DNA of 64,000 nt from Nitrosopumilus sp. (GTDB lineage Archaea; Thermoproteota; Nitrososphaeria; Nitrososphaerales; Nitrosopumilaceae): contig CBDBGZ010000008.1 in NCBI GenBank assembly GCA_965205425.1, positions 96,001 to 160,000 of the forward strand. Reading direction: 5' to 3'. The notes under the pieces were generated by a model, which ran no database searches, was not told the origin of the DNA, and was given only the letters and a program-made list of their open reading frames with translations. Below, piece by piece: positions 50,835 to 61,216 of this stretch; the first letter of the stretch is position 1, and every line of letters begins with the position of its first letter. A program made the translations under genes and the position numbers.

Positions 50835-50993
50835 GGTTCTGGTAGTTTTTGGTGATCTGTCTATTAGGTTTTTCTTCCAACATAGATTTTCCCAGATATA
50901 CGATTATTTTACGTGTGAATTGATTGAGAATGCCATGTTACAAACCCTGATGTTAAAATTTGGTGATCTTGATCACTGTTTTTTACCAGAACC
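50835..50993 (+). mobile_element. MITE-A copy 2
   Basis: Same 159-bp sequence. Confidence 0.9.
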
Positions 50994-51131
50994 AGAAAAA
51001 GGACAGCCTCTACAATGTAGTCAATGTAAAAATCACTTTGTATGATAAAATAGAAGGCGATGATGAAATGCATGCCGTGAGATCTCATCATAGAGATATG
51101 ATCTGAGATCAAACTCTGAGCCTTCTAATTA

Positions 51132-51398
51132 TTATTGAATTTTTGGGTTTTTATAGTTTCTTATCAAACACAGCCCTAAAACCAAAAAAACAACAATAAT
51201 TAGGATATGCACAAATATGGTTTCATAATACATTTGCACGTATGGTCCAGTGAAATTATTATTTTCATAATCTTGCAAAGTTTCATCAAAATTTACGATA
51301 GATAAAATTAGATTGAGACCGAAAAATCCTGAAACAATTAAAAAGAAAACACCGATGAATAATGATTTTTTAAATTTAAAAATAGAGGGTTGGAACAT
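51132..51398 (-). CDS. Two-TM hypothetical protein
   Basis: Two hydrophobic helices. Confidence 0.65.
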   Translation of the reverse strand: MFQPSIFKFKKSLFIGVFFLIVSGFFGLNLILSIVNFDETLQDYENNNFTGPYVQMYYETIFVHILIIVVFLVLGLCLIRNYKNPKIQ

Positions 51399-51535
51399 AT
51401 CAATTAAGAGATATGTTGCTAATTTTTGTTGTTGTAGAAACTCGATTGGTAGCTTGAACCCATTGGGTTAACTCATTAGAAGAGCAATCACCTGCACTAT
51501 CAAAAGTCAAATCATATGAGTTTTCAGATTGTGTT

Positions 51536-52561
51536 GGGTGTGTCCTAAAACTATCCTCTAACATGTTTTGTAACCCCCATCAAATTAACAACTCGTATGT
51601 TGTAACAAATTACACGCAACGCCAACTCTTTTCTTTGAACCAACTTGTTTTTTGATGACAAGCTATTTCCAAAGATTCTTTTGAGTACTGCAAATACTGA
51701 TTCAACAAGTGACCTCTTGTGATAATGTCTGTCAAATTCATCTTGATTGTCCTGGAATAATGTTATCATTTTTTTCCATGATGCAGAGCCTTTGGGATTT
51801 CTAACTGTGTTCTTCTTTGGTTTGATGTATGGTATCTTTTGCAGAGTAGCTACCATATTGCAAATGTCTCGTGACAAATATGCAGGATCTGCACAAAAAT
51901 CACCAATTCCCTTTGGAATGTCTTTGATTAGTTTTTTGAGAATTGGTGCATCACCACGAGTTCCTTTAGTAATGTCAAAAGATACTATTGCCATGGACTG
52001 TATTGCAATTAGGATGTGCAGTTTTAGATATAATTTCTTGGATTTGTGCGTGTTTGTCTTGATGTCAAACCAAGCCTCACATCTTTTGGTACCAAATCCT
52101 GAACTGTCAGGAGCTATGTCTTTTTTTTGATTGGTTCTGTGAGTTTTGCGTTTACCTTTTTCAAATAAGGCATTGGAATTCTTTTTAGACTGTCATTAAT
52201 GACAGTCTTGCTTGGTGCTTTTTTGAGCTCCATTATTTCCAACAGATCCGGCCTTGATCTCAAGTGGGACTCCATGGAACGATAATCCAATCCAAACTTT
52301 ACCTTTAGCATTGCACACATTATCTTTGCTTTTGTTGGAAATGCAGGACGTCCGCCTGTCTTTGGTTCCCATGGTGTATCCATACTCCAAACTGTCTTCT
52401 TTACTTTTTCCAAGAATAGAATCTCCTCATCCTTGCGATATGTGCCATATACTTGCCAGTCTCTTTTTGATTTGTTTTGCATAGTTGTTGTGATTCCATG
52501 CGATCAATATGTTACAGAATTGAATAAAATTGTTATATTTGTCTACTTTTAGGACACACCC
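51536..52561 (-). mobile_element. IS5-family IS; two ORFs joined by a -1 frameshift
   Basis: Perfect 15-bp TIR GGGTGTGTCCTAAAA; A8G at 52120-52128 leads into DIAPDSSGF; ADPAY; YHKRSLVES. Confidence 0.9.
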
Positions 52562-53447
52562 CAAGAATTGGGAGTATTGGAGCAACCAGTTACTGTAGCA
52601 ATTGACAAACATCTAATCCCAAGATATGACAAATTGCCAAACCATTCTTTAATAAAATCAAAATCAAAAAACAGTACTACTCATTTTGAGAGTTACTGCA
52701 CCATGCAGTGCGTTGAAAAAAGAATCAGGGCTCAATTAGGTTGTTATCCTTTGTATGACAACAAATCAAATGCCGATTTTGTGCGTAAATTACTCTCTGA
52801 TGGCATCAATAATGGAATCAAGATTAAACTATTGCTAGTGGATAGGGAGTTTTTCACAGCTGGAACAATTTCAGAAATAAAACAAAAGAATCTGAAATTT
52901 CTAATGCCTGCAAAAAAGAATTCTCGAATCAAAGATGCCATTTTACAATACGTTAATGGAGATAGAAAATCAATCTCGCCATACACAATAAAATCATCAT
53001 CAGGACATGTAGAATCATTTAATCTAGTTATTCTACCAAACAAAAATGCAAGAAAAAAATCAGATATTATTGATCAGTATGCTGTGTTTGCAACAAACGT
53101 TTCACCAAAAGAAATATCTGAAAATATACAGGACATTCCAACTGATTACAAGAAACGTTGGGGAATTGAAACAGGATATGCATGTGTGGGAAGGTTCAGA
53201 CCAAAAACCACCAGTTCAAACCAATCCATAAGATTGTTGTATTTTTACTATTCCTTGATTTTGTACAATGCATGGATAATTGCTAATTTGATTATCTCAG
53301 AAGAAACCAATGTAAAAAATTACAAACCAATAATATCAATTGAAATTCTCAAATATTTCTTTGTAAAGATAATTATTCATTACCTTAGAAATAACAAAAA
53401 TAATTATTTCCTAGAATGTGTAATTTGATGTACTTTCCCATCTACTG
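52562..53447 (+). mobile_element. ISH3 copy 3, 5'-truncated
   Basis: Begins at the IS5 end; right TIR ends at 53447. Confidence 0.9.
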
Positions 53448-53681
53448 GTTTTCGTCTTACTAATCATTGTACAATAAAATTAGTTTAGACTAATAAAGCT
53501 AGTTTTATTCCAAGAACTTGCACGCACCGCACTGAGGCTTGCCAGTTTTTGTATCCAGGAATAGTGGGACGTTGCTTGCCCAGCAGAAACTCTATGAATT
53601 CTTGAAGCAATCTATCCTTTTTCAAAGCTGTAGCTAGGAGAGTTTTTGAGCAAGCCATTTTAGATTTGCCTCCCATAGCTT

Positions 53682-53840
53682 GGTTCTGGTAGTTTTTGGT
53701 GATCTGTCTATTAGGTTTTTCTTCCAACATAGATTTTCCCAGATATACGATTATTTTACGTGTGAATTGATTGAGAATGCCATGTTACAAACCCTGATGT
53801 TAAAATTTGGTGATCTTGATCACTGTTTTTTACCAGAACC
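53682..53840 (+). mobile_element. MITE-A copy 3
   Basis: Same 159-bp sequence. Confidence 0.9.
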
Positions 53841-53866
53841 GTTTATGGTTCTGGGATTAAACAGAT

Positions 53867-53891
53867 CACTCAGAGGTGATCCCTCTGAGTG
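53867..53891. repeat. Perfect 10-bp hairpin
   Basis: CACTCAGAGG-TGATC-CCTCTGAGTG. Confidence 0.85.
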
Positions 53892-53900
53892 CCTACGGTA

Positions 53901-54130
53901 TACTTGAAACTACTTGAAACTACTTGAAACTACTTGAAACTACTTGAAACTACTTGAAACTACTTGAAACTACTTGAAACTACTTGAAACTACTTGAAAC
54001 TACTTGAAACTACTTGAAACTACTTGAAACTACTTGAAACTACTTGAAACTACTTGAAACTACTTGAAACTACTTGAAACTACTTGAAACTACTTGAAAC
54101 TACTTGAAACTACTTGAAACTACTTGAAAC
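53901..54130 (+). repeat. Tandem decamer array (TACTTGAAAC)x23
   Basis: Directly visible perfect units. Confidence 0.98.
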
Positions 54131-54334
54131 TCATGCACTCTCATGCCACTGGGATTATATTTTGTTGCCATTTTAATCTTCACCAGTAATTAGAGTAATT
54201 TCTCCATTTTTGATGCTAAATTACAAACTTTCAAGATCTCCCAATAATCCCATTATTAGCTTTGGAATATGACATCACTTACTATTAGTCCCATCAAAAG
54301 ACAGTGAAACAGGAAATTCCATTTCGTTTTTTTA

Positions 54335-54724
54335 TTATCCTAAATCATATTCATTGTTATTTTCTGTGATGATTTTTATGACTTTTCCATTAGTATTTGT
54401 AGGAAGAATAACTGTTATTTCATTTAATGGAATAATATCAGTCTGAATACCATTAATTGTATAACTATCATCTAAAACACCATCAACAAACATTTTTTTG
54501 ATAATTATTTTATCTGCCCCAGTGTTTAGCACATCAATGCGTAATGGATTATTTAACAAATCTATAATTGTTAGTAGTTCACCTGCCTTTCTTTTCTCTG
54601 ATTGTATCTGATCATGTGTAGATGTAAAAACAATTTCTGAACTATTAATGGCATAATCATATGTTAAATATGCACCAGTTAATGCAAATGCTCCAACTAA
54701 CAGATACTCTATTGTATGACTCAA
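54335..54724 (-). CDS. Pilin-like protein
   Basis: N-terminal hydrophobic helix, then NTG...I..MFVDG beta domain and IITENNN motif. Confidence 0.6.
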   Translation of the reverse strand: MSHTIEYLLVGAFALTGAYLTYDYAINSSEIVFTSTHDQIQSEKRKAGELLTIIDLLNNPLRIDVLNTGADKIIIKKMFVDGVLDDSYTINGIQTDIIPLNEITVILPTNTNGKVIKIITENNNEYDLG

Positions 54725-55092
54725 AGCGTCACCTCACCAGTACAGATAGCACTATCATGTGCAGTTGTTACCAAAACTTCCAAGAACCCTTCATCAATCG
54801 TATTTACTGTGAATTCATCAACGGTGTAATTGCCTGGAATAATTATACTATCACGTGATACAGACCAACCTGATGATCTAATATCATAACGGATAATTGT
54901 GTCATCTCCATTGTTTAACAGTTCCATCTCTATCAAATATTTTGCATCTGTTATTTGAAATACTTTCAAGTTTTGTATGCTGCATTTTGTTTCGTTCAGC
55001 AGCAAGGGTTGTGCAATGTGTGGACCAACATATGCCACCATTCCAATTATCACACCAAGAATTAGAGATGTTGTAATTATTGTATGTGCCAT
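54721..55092 (-). CDS. Pilin-like protein
   Basis: N-terminal hydrophobic helix; LLNNG and IIPG motifs; overlaps both neighbours. Confidence 0.55.
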   Translation of the reverse strand: MAHTIITTSLILGVIIGMVAYVGPHIAQPLLLNETKCSIQNLKVFQITDAKYLIEMELLNNGDDTIIRYDIRSSGWSVSRDSIIIPGNYTVDEFTVNTIDEGFLEVLVTTAHDSAICTGEVTL

Positions 55093-56945
55093 TATTCTTT
55101 TTCTGCATCTGTGTTAAAGTATACAGTTGTCTCTTTTTCATCAGCTTCAAACTTGAAATAAATTGTATTATCAGATGTAAATAGTACTGTCTCACCTTTT
55201 TTGAAATTCTCGATTCTTTCAATTTCAATTGGTTGCAAATCCAAAGCCTTTCCTACTTCTTTTGCAGCAGTTGGTGCCAGATTCATGACAATTTTTGTCT
55301 CAAACAGATCAGTTACTTTTGATTGGCTATCCATCACACTATCCAGATCTGAGAACAATTGGGTGCATACTGCAAAGATTCCTGATCTCTTTCTTATTTC
55401 ACGAGCAATTTCTGCAATCTTTTGTCCTGATAGTTTTAATTTTGTCATTCTCCAGGCTTCTTCTAGTAAGAGATACTTCCATTGTGTTTCAGGTAATTTG
55501 TTGATTCTCTTCCAAGCCCAAGTCAATACCAATAAAATAATTAGTTTTTCAGTCTTTGTGTTTTCTGTATCTTTGAGGGATATTATCATTTGATCTGAAA
55601 ATTTATTTTCTCCCTCAAAGATTTTTGATACTGGTCCCTCCACCAGATCAACTAGATACTTTTTTCCTTCATCACTGATGATATTATATAATTCTTTGAT
55701 GCTTTTTAGACCATCACATTTGCTTCTCCATTCATTGACAATAACATCAGGTGCATCAGTAAATGATGCCAAAATATCAATAACTTCTGATTCGTTTTTG
55801 AATAAATCAAACGGATTCAGACCATATTGTTCTCCTGGAATTATCTTTACTTGTTCTAATCCAAAATAATCAGCATGTGGAAGATACTCTTCTTGAGGAT
55901 CAATTATGATACACATGGATTTTGGATGCTTGGTTCGGAATCGTTTTATCATGATTTTATTACCAAAGGATTTTCCAGAACCCATTGTACCACAAGTAAA
56001 AATATTATGATTCTTTCTGTATTTGGGATCATAAATAACTGGGCTTTTGTATCTGTCAACTCCCAAAACAAATCCGTTTGTTTCAAGCATTGCTGATGAT
56101 GTAAAGGGATAAAAAATTGCAGTAGATTCAGTAGTGCCAAACCAAGATATCCCTCCACCATTTACAATGTTTGCCTGCTGGCCATACGAATCAGTCATTA
56201 TGGTATTCAGACTGGATAGTTTTTTCCTCGCCTTCTTATCCAGTACACGGAGCTGTTTGTGATTTTCAGCAAAGACAAAACCATTAATGCTAAAACTAAA
56301 CAACTGTGTCAATCCAAGTTCCACCTGGTCGACTAGCTTTAGAATATCCTCCATTCTTTTCTCATCCTTGCTGTTTTGGGATTTGAGTTGAGTGTAAACT
56401 GCCTTTTTATTTTTGGCAATCTTCATTGCTTTCTCAGCAGATATTGGATTGATTGTAATCTGTATCTGGTGAAATGCCTCAAATAATCTGTGAATCCAGG
56501 CATCAGGCAGCATTGATGGCATCCGCTCAAGAGTGTATGCTTTGCCAAGTATTTTGTTATCATCCACATATGTAGTAAAATCACTTATTCCCTCAGATAC
56601 TGATTTTAATTGTAGATGGGTTTCATCACCATCTCGACTAAAAGAAAAACCAATCTGTTGAAGTGAGTTATCCAGGGATTCCATGGAATCTACCAATACT
56701 TCTAGTACCTCCATTTCAGTGTCTTCATTTTTGTAATGTACTGTAATTGGATTACGTGTTAGAGTGATTAGGATTTCCTTGTCAGTTGATTCAAGTAAGT
56801 TAAAAAAATCATTTAATTTTCTTTGCTGTTTTTCTGGAGATAGAATAAGAAAGTTTGTCGGCTTTATCGAATATGAATATTTGTACTTTTTTTCAGGTAT
56901 TTTTTGTGTTATGATTTGAAATATTTTTGAAGTATTTAGAGTCAT
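55092..56945 (-). CDS. virB4: VirB4-like ATPase
   Basis: NHNIFTCGTMGSGKS, IIDPQEEY, LNPF, LEEAW, REIRK, TQ. Confidence 0.88.
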   Translation of the reverse strand: MTLNTSKIFQIITQKIPEKKYKYSYSIKPTNFLILSPEKQQRKLNDFFNLLESTDKEILITLTRNPITVHYKNEDTEMEVLEVLVDSMESLDNSLQQIGFSFSRDGDETHLQLKSVSEGISDFTTYVDDNKILGKAYTLERMPSMLPDAWIHRLFEAFHQIQITINPISAEKAMKIAKNKKAVYTQLKSQNSKDEKRMEDILKLVDQVELGLTQLFSFSINGFVFAENHKQLRVLDKKARKKLSSLNTIMTDSYGQQANIVNGGGISWFGTTESTAIFYPFTSSAMLETNGFVLGVDRYKSPVIYDPKYRKNHNIFTCGTMGSGKSFGNKIMIKRFRTKHPKSMCIIIDPQEEYLPHADYFGLEQVKIIPGEQYGLNPFDLFKNESEVIDILASFTDAPDVIVNEWRSKCDGLKSIKELYNIISDEGKKYLVDLVEGPVSKIFEGENKFSDQMIISLKDTENTKTEKLIILLVLTWAWKRINKLPETQWKYLLLEEAWRMTKLKLSGQKIAEIAREIRKRSGIFAVCTQLFSDLDSVMDSQSKVTDLFETKIVMNLAPTAAKEVGKALDLQPIEIERIENFKKGETVLFTSDNTIYFKFEADEKETTVYFNTDAEKE

Positions 56946-56995
56946 TATTTGTTAGATAGTTTTTTCCTTAAAAGCTAATTTTTTAACATTATACA

Positions 56996-58489
56996 ATGGG
57001 TGAATTTATCATTACACGTTTTGGCGGTGAAGTAAAAGACAGCGACATACTAGAAAAATATGCAGTGGATGGAATGGTATCTGTAGTTATTACCAAGGAT
57101 GGAAAGTACAAGATAAGAGAACCTCCTCTAACTGAGCAGGCAAAGAGGTTACACAATATATTAATGAGCACAATAAGAAATTCATTTGATACAAAAAATA
57201 TTGCAACTAGTACAATATTTTCCAGTCTAAAGGACATACTAGAAGATGAAGCACGAAAAATAAACCAGTTGGATTTGTACTTGAGTGAAAAGGCATCTTT
57301 GGAATATTATCTGAAACGCAATTTCAAAGGATATGGTGTTTTAGATCCGCTAATTAATGATGGTAAATTAGAAGATATTTTAGGTACAAGGTGGGATGCA
57401 CCAATTACAGTAAAACACAGAGACTATCCATTTTTTCACAATATGCAAACCAATGTAAAATTTAGCTCAAAACAAATGATGTTCAGATGGGTTAATCGAT
57501 TCTCAAGCAAATATGGCCAACCACCGTCAGAAGCCTCCCCTGAATCCAGTTTTGCAAATGAGAATAATGTGAGATTTACAGTTACTGGCAATGATATTAT
57601 AACACCAAATGGACCAACAATCTCAATTAGAATTCCATCTAAAATTCCAATTACGATATACCATCTGCTAAAAAACGATATTCTCACACCGTTAGCTGCA
57701 GCATATTTGTGGATGATAATTGATTTGAAGGGGTTCTCACTAGTAATTGGAGCCACATCTGCAGGAAAAACTACAATGATTAATGCAATTTTCTCAATGG
57801 CCAATCCCAACTGGCATTATTATACAATTGAGGATGTATTGGAATTGAACCTAAATCACAGAATTGTATCAACTCACAAAGTGGCAGAAAACAGTACATT
57901 AAAAATAAAAAACAAAGAGACTGACCATACGGTATTTTCATTATTAAAGCTTGCATTGCGTTTCAAACCTGAATTTATTTTGGTGGGGGAAGTGTTGGGT
58001 AATGAGGCAGAAGGACTATTTCAGGTGGCACAAAGTGGAATGGGCTGTTACAGTTCATTTCATGCTACCAGTCCATATGATGCACTAGCCAAACTACAAA
58101 GTGAAAAGTATGGAGTGTCACGAGAACAGACACGAGCAATATCATGTATCATTCACATGTCTCAGGTTACTAGAGGAAATACAATGAGAAGAGCGGTATT
58201 GGAAATTGTAGAGCCTGAAATTCTTGCAGGAGAGAATTTCAAAAAGAAACTAAATGTTATTTTTTATTATGATAGTAAAACAGGCAAGCTAAAACCTGAT
58301 AGCATAGATGAATTATTGGAGAAAAGCACAAAGTTGAATGATGCAACGAGTGTTTTAGGCATAACAAACATCAGAGAAAACTTTCAAAAAAGGGTTGATG
58401 TGTTAGAGAAGATTCAAAATAAAAATCTCAGCACCAGTGAGGAAATATCTAAAGAATCAAATTTGTATTATCAAAATCTAAATTTATAA
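56996..58489 (+). CDS. VirB11 / type II-IV secretion (FlaI-like) ATPase
   Basis: GYGVLDPL..D..LEDI, GATSAGKTT, IEDVLEL, LRFKPE..VGEV, SFHA. Confidence 0.9.
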   Translation: MGEFIITRFGGEVKDSDILEKYAVDGMVSVVITKDGKYKIREPPLTEQAKRLHNILMSTIRNSFDTKNIATSTIFSSLKDILEDEARKINQLDLYLSEKASLEYYLKRNFKGYGVLDPLINDGKLEDILGTRWDAPITVKHRDYPFFHNMQTNVKFSSKQMMFRWVNRFSSKYGQPPSEASPESSFANENNVRFTVTGNDIITPNGPTISIRIPSKIPITIYHLLKNDILTPLAAAYLWMIIDLKGFSLVIGATSAGKTTMINAIFSMANPNWHYYTIEDVLELNLNHRIVSTHKVAENSTLKIKNKETDHTVFSLLKLALRFKPEFILVGEVLGNEAEGLFQVAQSGMGCYSSFHATSPYDALAKLQSEKYGVSREQTRAISCIIHMSQVTRGNTMRRAVLEIVEPEILAGENFKKKLNVIFYYDSKTGKLKPDSIDELLEKSTKLNDATSVLGITNIRENFQKRVDVLEKIQNKNLSTSEEISKESNLYYQNLNL

Positions 58490-58506
58490 AATATTGAATT
58501 GTAATC

Positions 58507-58809
58507 TCACTCTATCTTTGATGAAATTTTTGATATGTGTTCAGGTTCATTCCCAATCATACCAACAACATAGGATACTCCAAGTTTGTCAAGATACAAT
58601 ACTGCCATACTTTTACCATCATCTGAAAGTAGTTTTCGTTTGACTAGTTTTTGGGCAACTGACTTGAATCCTTTTTTTATTCTGTATGTTGAGGATATCT
58701 TTTTCCAGTTAATCATTTTTGAGAATTTTTCTATGGCAACATAATTTCGCATCCCAATTATTCCCTTGTTATATGCCTGCAATAATATCGCAATCTCATA
58801 GTCATCCAC
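58507..58809 (-). CDS. Small basic hypothetical protein (possible wHTH)
   Basis: Intact ORF divergent from 58863; KLVKRKLL...LYL..LG pattern. Confidence 0.65.
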   Translation of the reverse strand: MDDYEIAILLQAYNKGIIGMRNYVAIEKFSKMINWKKISSTYRIKKGFKSVAQKLVKRKLLSDDGKSMAVLYLDKLGVSYVVGMIGNEPEHISKISSKIE

Positions 58810-58811
58810 AC

Positions 58812-58860
58812 TGTATAATTATACAACAAGTATTATATAATAATATTGTATAATTATACA
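58812..58860. promoter_or_regulatory. Bidirectional promoter with twin palindromic operators
   Basis: TGTATAATTATACA at 58812-58825 and 58847-58860 around TATTATATAATA. Confidence 0.7.
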
Positions 58861-58862
58861 TA

Positions 58863-59360
58863 ATGTCTAGAACAGATCTTACCAGTGCAACTCTACAAAT
58901 AATGAAAACTATTGCAAATGGAAAGCCATACACATTAAACAAATTAAGTGAAAAAACAGAATTAAATTTTAGAACTGTACAAAAAGCACTTGCTTTGATT
59001 GAAGCATGCCAAAGACAATTGGAATCAAAAAAGATCAACATAACACACTTGGAGCATGCAACTCATATTCAGATGAAAACAAAAAATGGAATAACATCAA
59101 TGCCAATACATATACAAAAAATGCTAATGCGTACAACATACTATCCCACACCTGATAGAAATGAAGAAGTTCTTGTGTATCTATTACAAAATCATGCAAC
59201 TATATCATCATCTGCAATACATATGAATTCCAATGCAATTTTAGATGAATTGGTATCAGCAGAACATGTAATTAGAAAAGGGAGAAAATACTATCTCTCA
59301 GAGATTGGAATAATCACTGCAAAAGGTGCAATTTCATTATATCCTGAATTGATACAGTGA
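58863..59360 (+). CDS. Winged-HTH transcriptional regulator
   Basis: TLNKLSEKTELNFRTVQKAL HTH; second wing YYLSEIG. Confidence 0.75.
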   Translation: MSRTDLTSATLQIMKTIANGKPYTLNKLSEKTELNFRTVQKALALIEACQRQLESKKINITHLEHATHIQMKTKNGITSMPIHIQKMLMRTTYYPTPDRNEEVLVYLLQNHATISSSAIHMNSNAILDELVSAEHVIRKGRKYYLSEIGIITAKGAISLYPELIQ

Positions 59361-59444
59361 ATTTATGTAAAATAGTACACTGTTCAATCTTAGTATCATT
59401 TTATCAATTTCACGATTTTCAACTGAGTGTTCAATTAGGGTGAT

Positions 59445-60763
59445 CAGTAGATGGGAAAGTAACTCAAGTTACACATTCTAGAAAATAATTATTTTTGTTA
59501 TTTCTAAAGTAATGAATAATTATCTTTACAAAGAAATATTTGAGAATTTCAATTGATATTATTGGTTTGTGATTTTGTACATTAGTTTCTTCTGAGATAA
59601 TCAAATTAGCAATTATCCATGCATTGTACAAAATCAAGGAATAGTAAAAATACAACAATCTTATGGATTGGTTTGAACTGGTGGTTTTTGGTCTGAACCT
59701 TCCCACACATGCATAACCTGTTTCAATCCCCCAACGTTTCTTGTAATCAGTTGGAATGTCCTGTATATTTTCAGATATTTCTTTTGGTGAAACGTTTGTT
59801 GCAAACACAGCATACTGATCAATAATATCTGATTTTTTTCTTGCATTTTTGTTTGGTAGAATAACTAGATTAAATGATTCTACATGTCCTGATGATGATT
59901 TTATCGTGTATGGCGAGATTGATTTTCTATCTCCATTAACGTATTGTAAAATGGCATCTTTGATTCGAGAATTCTTTTTTGCAGGCATTAGAAATTTTAA
60001 ATTCTTTTGTTTTATTTCTGAAATTGTTCCAGCTGTGAAAAACTCCCTATCCACTAGCAATAGTTTAATCTTGATTCCATTATTGATGCCATCAGAGAGT
60101 AATTTACGCACAAAATCGGCATTTGATTTGTTGTCATACAAAGGATAACAACCTAATTGAGCCCTGATTCTTTTTTCAACGCACTGCATGGTGCAGTAAC
60201 TCTCAAAATGAGTAGTACTGTTTTTTGATTTTGATTTTATTAAAGAATGGTTTGGCAATTTGTCATATCTTGGGATTAGATGTTTGTCAATTGCCACAGT
60301 AACTGGTTGCTCCAATACTCCCAATTCTTGTAATTTTGATATGGTACTATCCAGTGAACGATGTAATTGAATTTGCATTGTTTTTTGTGATATTTTTGAT
60401 ATAATTTTTCTCAACCATGAAACCAGTTGGAGAAGCATTATCTGATTCCATTGCCAGTCTCTTCAATCCAGATTCAGAATATGAATTTCCAAGACACAAT
60501 GACATGATAGAATTATGTGCATCTGCATTGTGGAACCGTGAGTTATTTTTACTAGAGCATGGAAACAATAAGATATTGTACATTATTTTAGCGACAATAT
60601 CAAATGCTTTTGATAGTACTACACCTTGGTGTGTCATGGTATCAAATGAAGTACAATGCATATTTGATGGAGTGACATACTTTCATCAAGCTTTTTCTAT
60701 CTGAATAATTTGAGAAAATGATCGTTATTTTTTGATCCGAATTGAGCACTTTCCTATCTACTG
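59445..60763 (-). mobile_element. ISH3 copy 4, full length, no TSD
   Basis: Both TIRs present; same two-frame transposase as copy 2. Confidence 0.93.
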
Positions 60764-60889
60764 AAAATGGTTAGCGTTAATCAAACTCTTTGAATTATCA
60801 GTATCTGCAAAGACTGCATCAGAACAGATGCATCTAAGTTACAAGACAACTCTAAAAGCATTTGATGCAATCAGATATTCCATCTTAGC
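60764..60889 (+). pseudogene. IS1595 transposase fragment
   Basis: KWLALIKLFELSVSAK...SYKTTLKAFDAIRYSIL is homologous to the 37242 element. Confidence 0.75.
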
Positions 60890-61048
60890 GGTTCTGGTAG
60901 TTTTTGGTGATCTGTCTATTAGGTTTTTCTTCCAACATAGATTTTCCCAGATATACGATTATTTTACGTGTGAATTGATTGAGAATGCCATGTTACAAAC
61001 CCTGATGTTAAAATTTGGTGATCTTGATCACTGTTTTTTACCAGAACC
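60890..61048 (+). mobile_element. MITE-A copy 4
   Basis: Same 159-bp sequence. Confidence 0.9.
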
Positions 61049-61212
61049 ATAATATGCGTGGAAGTAATCCTGATCCTGAATATCGTCCATCGATAGAACC
61101 AAATTATACATCTAATGTAGATGATGATCCTCTAAAAATTCTAAAAACAAGATATGCAAAAGGTGAAATTACAAAAGAAGAATATGATGAAATGAAAAAA
61201 GAATTAGAATAA
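61049..61212 (+). pseudogene. SHOCT-domain C-terminal remnant
   Basis: PLKILKTRYAKGEITKEEYDEMKKEL; 5' end abuts MITE-A. Confidence 0.65.
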
Positions 61213-61216
61213 AAAA

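Noticed and set aside
53485..53730. 81-aa minus-strand ORF
   Set aside because: Its start lies inside MITE-A; the rest is an unidentifiable gene tail.
53901..54130. CRISPR array (units end in TTGAAAC like some repeats)
   Set aside because: No spacers; it is a pure 10-bp tandem repeat, and no cas genes are in the window.
48248..61052. Repeated ORFs containing VLVVFGDLSIRFF (48248, 50827, 53680, 60828)
   Set aside because: Read-through of MITE-A, not independent genes.
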